Shown here: piece after piece, positions 34,469 to 51,830 of the stretch
How the letters are laid out: every line of letters begins with the position of its first letter
Position numbering within the stretch: position 1 is the first letter of the stretch
Source: Paraphysomonas bandaiensis
Lineage: Eukaryota > Protista > Chrysophyceae
Reading direction: 5' to 3'
Length of the DNA stretch: 64,000 nt
Assembly (NCBI GenBank): GCA_965644295.1
Contig: CBFFRP010000290.1
Location: 1 to 64,000, forward strand
Translations under genes and position numbers: made by a program
Notes under the pieces: generated by a model
Seen by the model: only the letters and a program-made list of their open reading frames with translations
The model's database searches: none
Told to the model about the DNA's origin: nothing

Positions 34469-35425
34469 CAGTACTGATTCTTCCTTGTTACTGTATAGAG
34501 CATTTTTGTCGATACATACATGACGGTAGTGGTATGCTAATATTAACATCAAGCATCTGTTACCGCCTTCTTTCTGTATGGCGTGGTATGTAGAGTGCAC
34601 TATCACACAATCAGTCGCCAGGCGCCAGGTGCCATCTAAGTATCTAAGCGTTTATGTTGCATGATGTCAACAGATTACCTGATGCACTGGTCCAACAATA
34701 CTATTGCAATAACATAATATCATTATTCAGCAGTCTAATACATGCGTATATTCTACTTTTAGTTCTAGCCATTGAGGTTACATAATCATCTATAAATCCA
34801 GATGAAGGATAAAGCGCTAGATTATTTTAGCTGGTGGGAAGCGGGGGCTGCATTGTCATTCACGAAGTATATGCAGATCAGGAATAGCTAGGGAACAATA
34901 TATTGTATTGTAATATATTTTCCCTTTCCCTGATGCAGATACCCATGTCCCATACCAATACTGGCATTGATGAAATTGATAGCCCGTGTTTAAGATATAT
35001 TAATTAAGAATTAAGAGACTACGGTATGCATAGGAGTAGCAGTTACTATGATATATTACACTATCGTAGCTTGTTCCTAAGCCCTTCTACTCAGTAGTAT
35101 ATCGTACATTCTATACTAATTCAAGTACTACTATATACATTTATTTTATATTTTATACACACACTTCGAGATCATTTTTATTTTTTATACTTATTTACTC
35201 TGTAGCTAGCACTGTAAGCTATATACAAACTAAGCTAGATCAACGGAATATAGTAAGTATTAACCATGTTCTACATACCAAGAATAACTCAAGCAACGTT
35301 ACAATTTACCACACCCTCTGTGCGATACAACCAATTCAAGGGTGCCAAAAAACAATTCTATCATTTTAAAAATGGATTTATTATTACGAACGATCGGAAA
35401 AGGCGCCCAGATGCATACAATTAGC

Positions 35426-36107
35426 TTATTCCTCAATCATTGATCCCTTCTGAGACACGTAGATACCATCAAGAAACTTACGGATATCCTTGTTCTTGAC
35501 TGTGGTGGACTGCTGAATCTGTGCGCATGACAGAGACACTTTGGCAATGTCAATGCCAGAAATCTCGATCTGATCCTTAACATCGGCAGTTCTGACATAC
35601 TGCACGCCCTCAAGGAGCTCGACGCGGCGGACCTTCTTCTCGCCCAAGAAGTTGCGAATTTCAACAACTTCTTTTCCGTTGACCTGAGTGTTTGACACAT
35701 TGATGGGAAAGTGAGCATAGCAGAAACGCATCTTGTACTTGTAGCCCTTAGTCACACCAGTGATCATGTTCTCAATGTGGGAGCAGATGGTTCTAAACGA
35801 GTACGTTAAAACAACTATCACCTCTACATTGTGACCTACCTAATGGAGGCAATAGCCTCACGGTTGCCAAACCAGATGTCCAACTTGATGGAAGTACCAT
35901 CCTCTGACTTATTAAGATCCATTGCAATAAATTTGAATGATCTTCTTAAGGTGCCCAGAGGACCAGTGACGACAACATTTCTGGCTTTGACCTCAACAGT
36001 CACTGCAACAAAATAACTGCAAGTTAAATAATATCACAAAGCAGCAATCAAAGAAGAGAACCTCCAGCAGGGACGTCAATTGTCTGCGATGTGTAAATAG
36101 GCCTCAT
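35426..36107 (-). CDS. RPL9: 60S ribosomal protein L9 (uL6)
   Basis: [13 protein letters not shown]...VTGPLGTL...[32 protein letters not shown]...[12 protein letters not shown]; two introns. Confidence 0.97.
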
Positions 36108-37758
36108 CTTCCCGTTCTTCAAATCCAATTATACTATAAACCAACCAACGCTCTGCTCTTCTCACCTTCACAGCATAACAAACACAACCAAAAACAACAC
36201 GCCACACCTCCGTGTATTTTCCATCCACCACATGGGATCTTCAAAAGACACTTCCCTGAATACTGAAATTTGTACACGAGTATTGCGTTTCGTTTCTATT
36301 GACACTATACAGTACCATATACACTGTATTCCTATGTGTGTGTCCCACCAGGTAGGTGTGTATGTAGCTATTCCTACTATGATCTGCTGCGCTATAGTAT
36401 GATGCAATGATCAGGCATATCTTATGACAGTCTCCAGAGTGTACTGCAGTTGGGAAGCCTCATTTTTGCCTTCAAATTGAAAGCAAGATTCAGAATTGCT
36501 CTGTGGTATAATCTGTGAGATAGAAAGACACAGTCAGTGCTGCAGAGACAGCGTTAGAACGATGTTTCGTGCATCTGAACTGAGGCATACATCTCGATTA
36601 TTACTTCCCTTTAAAAATTTGTCCGTCACTGGTTATGTGTTCACTATACTCACAGTTCTCATATGAATCCTTACCTTTAATTATGAAACAAGCGGCAATC
36701 GGCCCATTATTACTGTGAATGAGTAGTCGGCAGTTAATCTGGTCAGTAACTTTAAAGTAATATCACCAGATGTGACTATGAAACCATATCCGTCTACTGC
36801 ACCCGTTTTAAAGTACTTTATGACAAGACAGATGCCATTGGCTGACGGCGATTTATGCGCCGCTTACCGAAGGTAGTACTAAGGGAAATACAATGAGAAC
36901 TGGATATCTAACTTCAGGGCATGCTCAATATTATCTGATTGACATCTATACCTAAAAACAGTCAACATAAAGCGAGGCATTGGTTTTTATTAGACATTTC
37001 AGCATTTAATTTAGAACTAGCTAAACAGCGAATTCTGCCACTTGTGTTGTTTTTCAGTCCTTAATCTTATGGCAGAAACTCCAGAAGTAATATATATTCC
37101 TGCCTTTTAAATTTACGTGACTTTTTTACTTAAATGATTAGTATTGCTACAATAATTTAATGTAGAGATATTATAGGGGTTATCTCTTCACATTCAAGGA
37201 CTAGTCAGTGCACTGAAACTACTCTGTATATCACCTATCACTTCTGTGGATACTCGTATGGTCATATTGTCTTTTGTTTGACCTAAAGCAAAAGAAAATA
37301 TAATCAAATATGTCGAGCTAATTTGTCATTTAGCTCATGTTTTTCTTGCACGTAAGAAGATAAATATATCATTGTCTTTTACCATTTTCAATTTAAACTC
37401 CTAATACCGAAGACTGCATTGTGCTACACCCCTGTTGAGCAGATTTGCGAAACAATTAATTGGTAATGAGCAATGAATTGGTTAGGGACATCCAACAGTA
37501 ATAAATACAACTATTAACCATGCATCTAATGATAGTTATGTAAATATTCTTTGCCTTAGTTCTATTGCTTTATCCTTTATCGAATATTTTTTTGACAATT
37601 TGACATGTTATTACTATTGTAGCTGAGATTATAGTGTATACTGTCTCTTATAGTGTCACACAATTATAATCAATACTGATAAAGAAATTGTACGTATACA
37701 TCCAAGTTCTTCAATGCTAACAGATAATAACAAAGAACAAAGATAATCGGTGCCTCGG

Positions 37759-37882
37759 TGCCCCATTTCGGCAGTGTGGCCATAGTCCATAGTCCATAGT
37801 GTATTAATGTAAGCTTGCTAGTACACCACATACCCATCTAGCTAGTTAGCACATTACTAGGGCACGCTCTCTGAACGGGACA
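37759..37882. mobile_element. Internally deleted copy of the 19593-20117 TIR element
   Basis: Left TGCCCCATTTCGGCAGTGTGGCCATAGT and right CTAGGGCACGCTCTCTGAACGGGACA match both termini of 19593-20117. Confidence 0.7.
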
Positions 37883-38379
37883 ATGGGTGTGTACCTATGA
37901 TCAGTAGTCAGTAGCTAGTTGCTAAACAGCTCAAGATACTAGTATCTCTATACTCTGCAGAACTAATAATTAAGGTTTACCAATAATAATTGCATTTATC
38001 TATTTTACCAGTCGAGTCATTTAAAAGTGGGTATATCTGTAGAATAGATTTATTCTCCTGTACAAGGGATCGGGTGTTATTGATATATATGATAGAAAAT
38101 GAAGAACTCTTAACGATGTAGTTTCGGTAGCTCATAGATAGGAAAGTAAGGAACAAATAAAATATATATAATGTAAAAATAGTAGTTAGTGTTATATATA
38201 ATGCACAGTGCTAGGGCTCACTCAAACACCTGATCCTTTGTAGTATATCCATTCCCTTATTACCTTTGAGATTCCTAAAGCTATCTAACAGCACGATTTG
38301 ACGAACAGCATCAAAAACGCCACCATTACATTCGATAAACAGTTCCTTGTTACTAGGAATTAGTCACTATAATACACTA

Positions 38380-38925
38380 TCACGTATAGATTACAAGAAA
38401 TATTAATATTATAAGTATAATGGTCAATATTACTATAGCCGTGAAGTATTTAGGCCCCCTATGCAATAAAGTGTAAAACAAATATAGTTCAGAGTAGAAG
38501 TATCATACCCTGATTTCTTTATTAACTGTCTTGTTTTCTCGGTAATTATGTCAGCCTGATTCTGTGCATCATCTACATCCGCATCCTACACAACAAAAGA
38601 CTTAAAACAGGACTAGTGACGGAATGCGGATAAACCATTCTGTCAAGCATCTTATTTTGTTCTTTGATTTCATTTGATATATTTAAGCTTAGCTTTCCAA
38701 GCCGTTGGATGGAAGATTCCAGAATACCAAGACTTTCATCCTGCTCTGATATCTGTGTACACATAAGACACATCCCTACACGCAGTGCAGCGGTTGATAT
38801 CGTTGCACTCATTATACCTTGCCACGAAATATTCTGCCATCTGAAGTTCTCTCGTCGTCATGATTATGATCATCGGTTGGAACACGATTGTATGAATGAT
38901 CGCTCCTGTTGCTTGTGCCCCACAT
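38380..38925 (-). CDS. Small Qc-SNARE (syntaxin-6/8/Bet1-like) with C-terminal TM
   Basis: EQDESLGILESSIQRLGKLSLNISNEIKEQNKMLD...KTRQLIKKSGGPKYFTAIVILTIILIILIFLVIYT*; three GT-AG introns. Confidence 0.88.
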
Positions 38926-40166
38926 CAGATATATCACACACGCTGCACTAGACAGAGACAATCCTCATTCACCAGTTGATATACACAAGACAACACGACG
39001 GGAACAGTCAATGTTAGTGGGAATAGCTGTGATAGTTTGATGTATGGAATGACAGACACATACTCGTAACACTCTCACATATTACGACTCGAGTTGGACC
39101 ATCCCGCCCGCCCCGCCATACCGACTGCTGTTGTACAGGTATACAGCAGTAGTACAGTGCATATAGTACACCAGATACATATGTACCTATGTACATACAT
39201 ATACTGCTGCAGTACGTATATATGATGTATTTGCATGAATACATCACACTGTGTGTGTCCCATATTCATGATGATCTGACTGAGATGTGATGCTGACCTA
39301 TCCGTGTACAGTGTGTCTGGATGTAGCTGCATAGGCAGATATATGTCATAAGCAGATAACGATGCCGTAACTTTCCGTGTTTTTGAAACCGATGAATACT
39401 CCAGCTCGTATCCCACTGATATGAGGAGGTGACGGGTTGGACTCTGTGATGGCAATACGAGTACAGAATTAAGTATATCTGAGAGCGAGAGACTGTCTAT
39501 AGTTAAAGAAACATCTCAATAGTATATGCGCCCTTACAAGCAGCAGTGATACACTGTCATTCAGTAGATCAGTATACAATATATACAGCTTATAATCACA
39601 AGAATAGATTCGATGGGGTGGTCATGAGTAAAGCCATAAGAACTTCAGAATTTGCCAAGAAATCAGACTACCCAAAAGCTATATAGAATCACTATGCCAA
39701 TCTCTACCCAATGTGCGCACACCATGTTTGATAGAGAACATCATTTCACTTATATATTATTCTTACACTGTTGAGGGTATTGAACACATCTTTGAATTTA
39801 ATCATTTTCTACTTAAGCCTTTCTTACTAAACCATGCTCTTTGTAGAGCACGTACAACATATGGTAAGTATCTGTTTTTCATCACATGTTCACCAGTCAA
39901 TGACATATCACCATGAATTCCTTAGTTCACTGCTACATACAATAAATTCAATTAACTTGTTGCACATCCTTATCACAATGTTTATATACCACATAGCAGA
40001 ACCTATCATTTGCGAATGATGGCTGAATCACGACCGCATAAATTACATTATACAGCAGTATTGACATATATTAATTAATTACGTTAAATACGTAAAAACA
40101 TTCAATCAAGAAGACAGCTCAATTTAAAATACAAGTGCAAGTACAAGTAAGCACAATTAAGCACAT

Positions 40167-43100
40167 CTAAGACAAAGCATATTGAAGAGCTAATATAAAG
40201 AAATCAGCACTTTTCTTGGTGATGCACAGTGGTGGCTTGACCTTCAAAACATTGCTGTAATCCCCTGTATTGTGGCATATCACTCCGAGGCTTAGAAGTC
40301 GTTCACATACATGGTATGCTAAATCTGTATTAGGCTCTTTCGTACCAGCCTTTACCAATTCGATACCTTGGTAAAGCCCATGCCCATGAATGTACCCAAC
40401 GACGGGATGTGCGCTTGCCAAATGACGAAGTTTTTCATGAATATAAGCACCTACTTCCGCCGCATTCTTCTGCAATTCATCCTCCACAATAGCATCTAGC
40501 ACAGCTATTCCAACTGCACATCCCACAGGGCTGCCTGCAGCTGATGAGAAGAAAGACCCCTCCACACCAAATTCTTCCGCCAGCTCTCGTCGGGTAACAA
40601 CAAAACCTAGTGGAAACCCATTTCCGGCCGCCTTAGCCATTGTCAGAATGTCTGGGATTACATCGTGTTCCTGAAATCCCCAAAATGATCCTCCAAGGCG
40701 CCCATATCCGACCTGCACCTCATCACAGATACATAATCCCCCCGCTCGACGAACGCAGGAATAGACATGGGACAGATATGACGTGGGCAACTCGACTCCC
40801 CCGGCATTTCCGGAGAGGGGTTCCGCTATGAATGCAGCCAACGGTGTATTATTTTTTTCCAGGAGTTCAATTTCTCTCTCCACACACTCAACATATGCTT
40901 CTACTACGTCGGAGCACTCAATCTCGGAATGTAGATCGTGTGGGCAATTCCCACGATACGAATTGGGCATGGGAACTAGGTGTACCCACGGAGGTCGAGA
41001 TCCTCTACTATTAGGGTTGTCATTCAGGGTAGTTGACACCTCATCGGACGCAGTGGTCACCCCATGATAGGCCCCCTCCAGACATATAACATCTCTGCAA
41101 AGCACAACCGGCTCGTTTGGCATCATTCGTTGCCGGCGAGCGGTGACAATTGCACGGGACATCCGCAGGGCAAGGTCAGTGGCTTCGCTGCCTGAGTTAA
41201 CGAAGAGAACACAATCCAGCCCAGTGTTGGCTGGCAGTGACGATACAATTTTGTCTGCATATTCCCCCAGTAAAGTGTAAACAAATCGAGAATTCGTGTT
41301 CAGAACATCAACCTGGCGACTCATTGCAGAGGTGACTGCCGGATGACAGTGACCCAGCACTGTGACATTATTCACCATGTCAAGGTAAGCCCTACCATGT
41401 GAATCATACATAAACTCACGCCACCCTCGCACCATTTCGGGTGGGTCCACGTAATAATGTTCCTGTACACCCGCCACATGAACAGTCCTTAGCTCAGCAG
41501 CTGATTTCCTTCTATCATCCGAAAAATCCTTGTATGACTTTCCCCATCCATCGAGAAGAAGCGACTCGGGGTTGGGACATAACGTTGACCAGAAAGGAAA
41601 CATATCCGCACTGCACATCGTTGGGGGTACAGGCCCATCTCGCACTGCGCAGGCTTGGACGTGCAAATAAGGGGGTAGCTTGATATGGTGTGAACATTCT
41701 GATGTGGTATCGTCAGATACCGGGCCAGTCACTGCAGCAAACTTTTGACCGGGACAGAGCACAGGTCCAGCTATGCCACCAGACTGTAGCAAAATCGTTA
41801 TTGTAGTAAGGAGAGATAGTCCTCGAAGATACAAAGTCACTAGTTCTCCCTCGAGTGCAATGCATGTGAATCCCTCCCCACTTTCCACCCGCAAATTGCA
41901 CGTGAAAGGGGCAGCAATCTCTGTACCAGCCGGGAGGAAAGCCTGCACACCCAGAGATATTGTGTGCGGTGGGCACAAAGAAAGTTCACGAGTGTAATGC
42001 AGCTGCGCTCGGCCGTAGCGGATGACGGCCACTGTCGGACGACATGCCTCAACTGCTGCATGAATCCTTTCAGTCAGACCCAAAGTCGCACCAACAGTTG
42101 CTGGCAACAACCAGTTGCCCTGGGTATAGAGTGCACTACTGGGAGACAGGTCCAGATCAGAGAAAGAAAATGACATGGTAGAAGCAGACTCAGATGTCGC
42201 AATAAAACTGCTCAGAAAATCACGACTATCAAGGAGAGGGGGTGGGTTGTCTACAACAAAACCTGCATCAGAATCAGAAGATGGATGCATCGCTAATGCC
42301 GCAGCCACACAGGGATCACTGGGCGGTAACCCCGAAGTTGATCGCAACGCTTCCTGTGCGAGAGAGACTTCAACCTGGGAAAGCATACGGAGGATGCGCC
42401 ATTCCATTGCAATGCCTTTGAGGTTGTATTCATTACCTGGGTCAGCTTCCAGCTCCTTCTGAATAGAAAGAATGTTCACCACACTTCTCAGCTGCAAAAG
42501 AGGCCACAGAGCCATTACTTCTGCCTCAATTAAAGGGTACGACGAGTGAAAACCTTTAAGTATAGCGCAGCATTGTAAGATAAGCTCATCTGTGTCAAAT
42601 ACATGCTCCAAGCTGCTGACCACCCCGACAGCCAGTTCGGCCACAGTCCAAGATACCATGGTGTCGCCGAAGTCAATTATGCCTCGGATAGTTGGTCGGT
42701 TAAGCACATCAGTCTGTGCCACGATATTATAGCATGCAAGATCGCCGTGAATAACTTGTTCGCGTAATGCCTCGGAGTAGAGAGCCAAAGCCACGGACGC
42801 TTCATGGACAGTTTTTCTGAGCAGGGAAGCTGCATCGATGGCGACACTACCTATTACCTCCGGGAGGAGTGATTGAATTACAGTAAGCGCTTTCCGTAAA
42901 TCCCACTGCAAATCCCGATCATGTCCCGTTCCTCCAAATGTTGAAAATGCTGAGCATACGTCGCCCATAATGACCCCGAACTGCTGTAGACTCCTTTTCG
43001 ACATATGCTTATAAGATGAGAGGATTTTTCCTTTTATGTACGTCAGAAGGCATATAAAGTGCTTGCTACCATGAATATCAACCATAATCATGACTTTATC

Positions 43101-43382
43101 TTCAGAATGAAGCACTTTCACAGGTACGGGTACGATGATGTTTGGTGTGCCGCTCAGATCATAGTACTGAGACAGGTGCACCAGAGCCGCAAACTGAAAC
43201 TCCAAATCTTCAAATATCCATGACGAGTTCAAGATCTTGAAGACAAACTCACTCCCATCTCCGCATACGAGTTTGTAGTTTAAGTCCTGACAGCTCCCCA
43301 GAGGCGATATGTCCCCCTGGAGACCATAGTGCACAAGCACAAGATCCCGCACCTCTGATATGTGACGAATAGGGGCTGTCAT
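40167..43382 (-). CDS. APH-type kinase / class-III PLP enzyme fusion (hydroxylysine kinase + phospho-lyase-like)
   Basis: VIHGDLACYNI and IIDFGD (APH kinase); YLDMVNNVTVLGH, FVNSGSEA, DEVQVGYGR, TMAKAAGNG (class-III aminotransferase fold); intronless, 1071 aa. Confidence 0.92.
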   Translation of the reverse strand: MTAPIRHISEVRDLVLVHYGLQGDISPLGSCQDLNYKLVCGDGSEFVFKILNSSWIFEDLEFQFAALVHLSQYYDLSGTPNIIVPVPVKVLHSEDKVMIMVDIHGSKHFICLLTYIKGKILSSYKHMSKRSLQQFGVIMGDVCSAFSTFGGTGHDRDLQWDLRKALTVIQSLLPEVIGSVAIDAASLLRKTVHEASVALALYSEALREQVIHGDLACYNIVAQTDVLNRPTIRGIIDFGDTMVSWTVAELAVGVVSSLEHVFDTDELILQCCAILKGFHSSYPLIEAEVMALWPLLQLRSVVNILSIQKELEADPGNEYNLKGIAMEWRILRMLSQVEVSLAQEALRSTSGLPPSDPCVAAALAMHPSSDSDAGFVVDNPPPLLDSRDFLSSFIATSESASTMSFSFSDLDLSPSSALYTQGNWLLPATVGATLGLTERIHAAVEACRPTVAVIRYGRAQLHYTRELSLCPPHTISLGVQAFLPAGTEIAAPFTCNLRVESGEGFTCIALEGELVTLYLRGLSLLTTITILLQSGGIAGPVLCPGQKFAAVTGPVSDDTTSECSHHIKLPPYLHVQACAVRDGPVPPTMCSADMFPFWSTLCPNPESLLLDGWGKSYKDFSDDRRKSAAELRTVHVAGVQEHYYVDPPEMVRGWREFMYDSHGRAYLDMVNNVTVLGHCHPAVTSAMSRQVDVLNTNSRFVYTLLGEYADKIVSSLPANTGLDCVLFVNSGSEATDLALRMSRAIVTARRQRMMPNEPVVLCRDVICLEGAYHGVTTASDEVSTTLNDNPNSRGSRPPWVHLVPMPNSYRGNCPHDLHSEIECSDVVEAYVECVEREIELLEKNNTPLAAFIAEPLSGNAGGVELPTSYLSHVYSCVRRAGGLCICDEVQVGYGRLGGSFWGFQEHDVIPDILTMAKAAGNGFPLGFVVTRRELAEEFGVEGSFFSSAAGSPVGCAVGIAVLDAIVEDELQKNAAEVGAYIHEKLRHLASAHPVVGYIHGHGLYQGIELVKAGTKEPNTDLAYHVCERLLSLGVICHNTGDYSNVLKVKPPLCITKKSADFFILALQYALS

Positions 43383-43524
43383 ACGGTCTAAGTTGGGTAG
43401 AGCGATAATGATAATACATTACGAATGAGTCGGAGGATAAGAAGGCTGTGTATGTAGATATCATTCTGGGGGAGTTGAGGACATATGAACATATGGTTCA
43501 TATATCTACAGCAGCTATACGTGT

Positions 43525-43720
43525 GTATGTATGTATGTATGTATGTATGTATGTATGTATGTATGTATGTATGTATGTATGTATGTATGTATGTATGTAT
43601 GTATGTATGTATGTATGTATGTATGTATGTATGTATGTATGTATGTATGTATGTATGTATGTATGTATGTATGTATGTATGTATGTATGTATGTATGTAT
43701 GTATGTATGTATGTATGTAT
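43525..43720. repeat. (GTAT)49 microsatellite
   Basis: Perfect tetranucleotide array between divergent genes. Confidence 0.98.
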
Positions 43721-43838
43721 GTACACAGAGTGGAGTGTAGAGGTGTGTTGATTGGTTTGTTTGTTTGAAAGTGAGGTATGTGAATATGGTGAGGAGTGCG
43801 TGGGGCTGTTAGTTGTATAGTTGTGTATAGTTCTCATT

Positions 43839-45280
<1,442 letters not shown>

Positions 45281-46433
45281 ATTATGTGTTTATTGAAGAA
45301 ATAGTCCAACCATGTTATGTGTCGGAAGAATTCATATGGATTACGCAGCGAAAATGACAAATAAACTCGAGAAATAGCTAAATTATGAAATAAATGTTAT
45401 TCATTGGTTTATTTGACTTGCTTTTTGCTACGAGACTATCGTGCAAACACGATCAAGGCAGAAATTATTGCTCTTCAATAATATCACATGCTCATCGTGC
45501 CACTAAATCTTGTAGTAAAGAAGTAGGTGATTTGGTACCTTCTAATCTAGAGAGAAAAAGAAGTATTTATCAACCGATCACGCTTGAAATAGCTATATAG
45601 ACATTATTGAAACACGTGACGTCGTATGTAATATGTAACTACACACTACATAACTACTAATGTTTACATGAAAGGTACATTAGTTAAATTGTTTTGCTAC
45701 ACTGTTTTGACTCTTACACCCCTAGTTTTTGCTAAATATCAGACATTCACTACTACTTTTCTAAGCTTAACAGATATAATGGGTTTGTACGTTTGTACCT
45801 ATGACCAGATAATCAGTAGTTATGCAGCTTAATACGCTAACCTTCATTTTTAAAACATCAATTGATTTAATTGGCAATTCAATTGGTGTGCGAGCCTGGT
45901 TCTAACAATGACATATATAAATTTCAAATTTTACTCTATTCTATATTATGCACAATGAAGATTTAATCTTAATAATAGTAAGAAAAACGTTGTGATTACT
46001 AGAATGCAAAATTGATCTTTATATGCACTGCTATTGTGCCGCTTACATTTGAATCTTAACTACTTCAGTATGAAGTGCAAGTCTTACCATGCGTAGTTGT
46101 ATCATTTTATTGCTGATTATAGTATTGCTCTTGATATGAGTTTGTTATCTGTTATCTGCACACGGGAATTCGTGCAGAAGCTCAAGAACACATATTTCAT
46201 GCAATATGCATTGTTTAATTGAAGCTAGTTTTATAGATCAGTTTCGTCGATAAAGATAAGAAAGGATACTACAACTTTTGTAACATAATTTGAAAGATAT
46301 TTTGGTAGTAGAGAAGACCTTAAGCAATCACATTATATTTTTCTACCAATAATCATGGGATCGTGTGTAGAAAATCAGATCAGATTCCTTGTCAACGGAA
46401 GAATGAAATTACAACAAATACATAAACTATAAA

Positions 46434-49126
<2,693 letters not shown>

Positions 49127-49216
49127 TCAAACGATCTGACGGGTTAAGTGACAATAAATGGTTTCAATGCTGTGCAGTGCTGTCGACTTGCTATCATGAA
49201 TATGAATCAAGACGAA

Positions 49217-49427
49217 CATACATATAATGAGTGCATATGTGAAGCTTTTGGCTTCACACTAGGGGTTTTTAGATGAGGAAAAAACCCATAGAGCTTCACA
49301 TATGCAGTCCATACATATAATGAGTGCATATGTGAAGCTTTTTGCTACAACTGTGAAGCTACGTATTCTCTGTATACTGTGTATATGGTATACATAGGTA
49401 TACGTGTACGTATATGAGTGTATACCT
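49217..49427. mobile_element. Crypton-like mini-element plus left end of a full unit, interrupted by a Copia insertion
   Basis: Same as 52542-52752 (CATACATA core, TGCATATGTGAAGCT inverted repeats). Confidence 0.75.
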
Positions 49428-51830
49428 CGTAGAGCTAAATGATGATTCGGTATAGAAGTCTTCGAGTGATGGAAATGAAAGTCAACGTGCACATTCGTTT
49501 TTGTTACAGTGATTATGTTTTTCAGTTATTGTACATGTGTGACTCTGTAGGATACGAGTGAGAGTGTACAGTAGAACATGATCAGCTGTAGTATTATTGT
49601 GTTGTAGGGAGACACCATAATTTTCTATCACTAACGATTTCTGTAGTATTTGCAAAGAGACTTGTCTTTTGCCTACCTGTAGTGTAGTTTGAACGGAGGA
49701 CAACGGGCGAACTGGATCCGTGAGTGTTTGATTGATCTGTAGTATCAGTGTTGTATTTTCGATCCAAGTACGTATTTCTCTACGTGATAGGAAATTATGA
49801 AGAAGTCGAGCAACGAGAAGCTCAAGAAGTTTAGGAACAAGGCATTGGACCAGCGGTCCAGGGGCCAAGGGGCAGAGGCATTGACCCCAACGGTGCCGAT
49901 TCTGAAGTATGGGACGAACACCAACCTGGCGGTATTTAAGCAGAAGCTCACAGTGGCCGCCATGATGCTATTTGGTGACCTAGCGAGGCTCGTGGAGACC
50001 GATGAGTATTATGAACCACCCAAGATAAAGATCGAGGACTATGATCTTGATAATGACCCCCACGGTCTGAACCTGGAAGAACTTAAGGATGCGAGAAAGA
50101 CACGCCAAAGGAAGATTGACCAAATGCGTGACAACCGATCAGCTTTCTATGCGTTCATGTATGACAGACTGAGCAACGAGTCCGTGGACGCGATTAAGCA
50201 ATTGGAGGAATACGAAGAGATTAACTCCTCCAAGGACCCGCTACTGTTGTGGCTCGCTATCAAGCAGACTCACAAAACAGCGACGAACTCCAATGTAGGG
50301 ACCATCATGCGTGCAGAGACGAGAAAGAAGTACCAAGACGTGCGTCAGGGTCCATTTGAGAGTATCGTGGCCTATAAGGAGCGTTTCGATTTTCTTTTGG
50401 AAGCGTACAATGATATGGAGAATCCGAAGATGGAAGAAGAAGATATAGCGATGGACTTCTTCAGGGGTCTGGACGACACCAGATATGAGGAGTTTAAGAC
50501 CAGTTTTATGAACGACTTAATGATGGGTACCCAGAAGCCACCCAAGCACGTGAACGAGATCTACACTAAAGCTTCGAAGTATATCACCCCGAAGAGAGGA
50601 GCGAAACCTAATGGTGGTGTTGCATTTGTGAGCAGGAAGGACACCTCGACTAAACAACAGCGTCGCGCAGGTGATGCTGATGACAAGACGAAGTCGAATG
50701 GGACCGACGAGTCGAAAGGAGGCGTGCGAAAGCATAGAGGCCCTATTGTATGTTGGGGTTGTGGAAAGACTGGACACAAGCTAAACCAGTGTCAAGAGAA
50801 CGTCGAACCAGAGGAGAAACAATGCTCAGTGACTATGCAGAATGCGTTCACATCGGGAGGAGAGCGTTTCGAATGGTACGAAGTTCTACTAGACAATCAG
50901 GCGGATGTGTCCGTTGTGCACCCGTGGCTACTGACAGATGTGAGACCTGCCGATCGTAAGTGTAAAGTAGCTGGCTTGTCTGGTCACGCAGTAGAACTGC
51001 CCAATGTGGGAGAGCTGCCACAATTTTTCACATGTAAAACTGCCGACAACCTACGAGTCAGTGTGCTGTGCCAAGCTGATGTCGAAGACCTGTACCCTAT
51101 TGTGTATGAGCCAGGAGTGTCATACACGGTGTGTCTACCTAATAGAGAGCTAGTGTTCTACAGACGGAACAAAATGTATATAGCTGATATGTGGGATTGG
51201 GTGACACAAGGCAGGGTAAATATTACGACAACAAGAATGAAAGAACAAGAATACACTAAAAGCGAAGTGGTGAGAGCTCGGAGGGCGCTGGAACTTGTAC
51301 GGAACGCGGGTTTCGACTCAGAGCAGGGAGCCATGAACCTTGTGAGCGACGGAAATGTAACAGACGTGCCGTTGACGGCGCAAGACGTGAGGCGAGCTTT
51401 CGACATATACGGGAAGCCTTATGAAGCGGTTAGGGGGAAGACCACTAAACGTAAGAGCTGTAGGCAGTACGTGGACGTGGAAATCAAAGCAGATCAGCCC
51501 AAGCCGCAACGTTTGTATACCGATATATTCAGTGTGAGAAAACAACCGTTCCTGATAACACTGTCCGAGCCACTGGGGTTGACTCTTGTATCTCCGGTAG
51601 CTAGTGAGAAGACTGATGATCTAGGTCTAGCTTTTCAGGAGCAAGTATCTCTACTAAGAAGTCATGGTTTCGCACCAACTGTAGCCTATCTGGATCCGCA
51701 GCCTGGTTTCCAACCCCTCAGAGGACAGATTACAGGGGTGGAAGTGGATGTGTGTGGAGCAGGGGATCACATGGACAAGGTAGATCTCAAGATCCGGAGA
51801 CTGAAAGAGACTATTAGATCTGTGCAGGCA
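49428..51830 (+). mobile_element. 3'-truncated Copia-type LTR retrotransposon (diatom CoDi-like): putative 5' LTR 49428-49784 plus gag-protease-partial integrase
   Basis: ORF starting at 49797 with CWGCGKTGHKLNQC knuckle, VLLDNQADVSV protease, DVRRAFDIYG...RGKT, and integrase core broken at 51830. No RT or RNase H. Confidence 0.88.

Noticed and set aside
39085-39130. GC-rich stretch resembling a tRNA start on the minus strand
   Set aside because: No T-loop GTTC motif and no cloverleaf.
39386-39485. Possible C/D snoRNA (GATGA, CTGA boxes, CTCGTAT/ATACGAG stem)
   Set aside because: Boxes are imperfect and I could not identify an rRNA-complementary guide; an Infernal/snoscan search would be needed.
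49232-49306. Palindrome as an ordinary DDE MITE
   Set aside because: No TSD abuts the inverted repeats; the shared CATACATA core is offset asymmetrically and linked to YR remnants.
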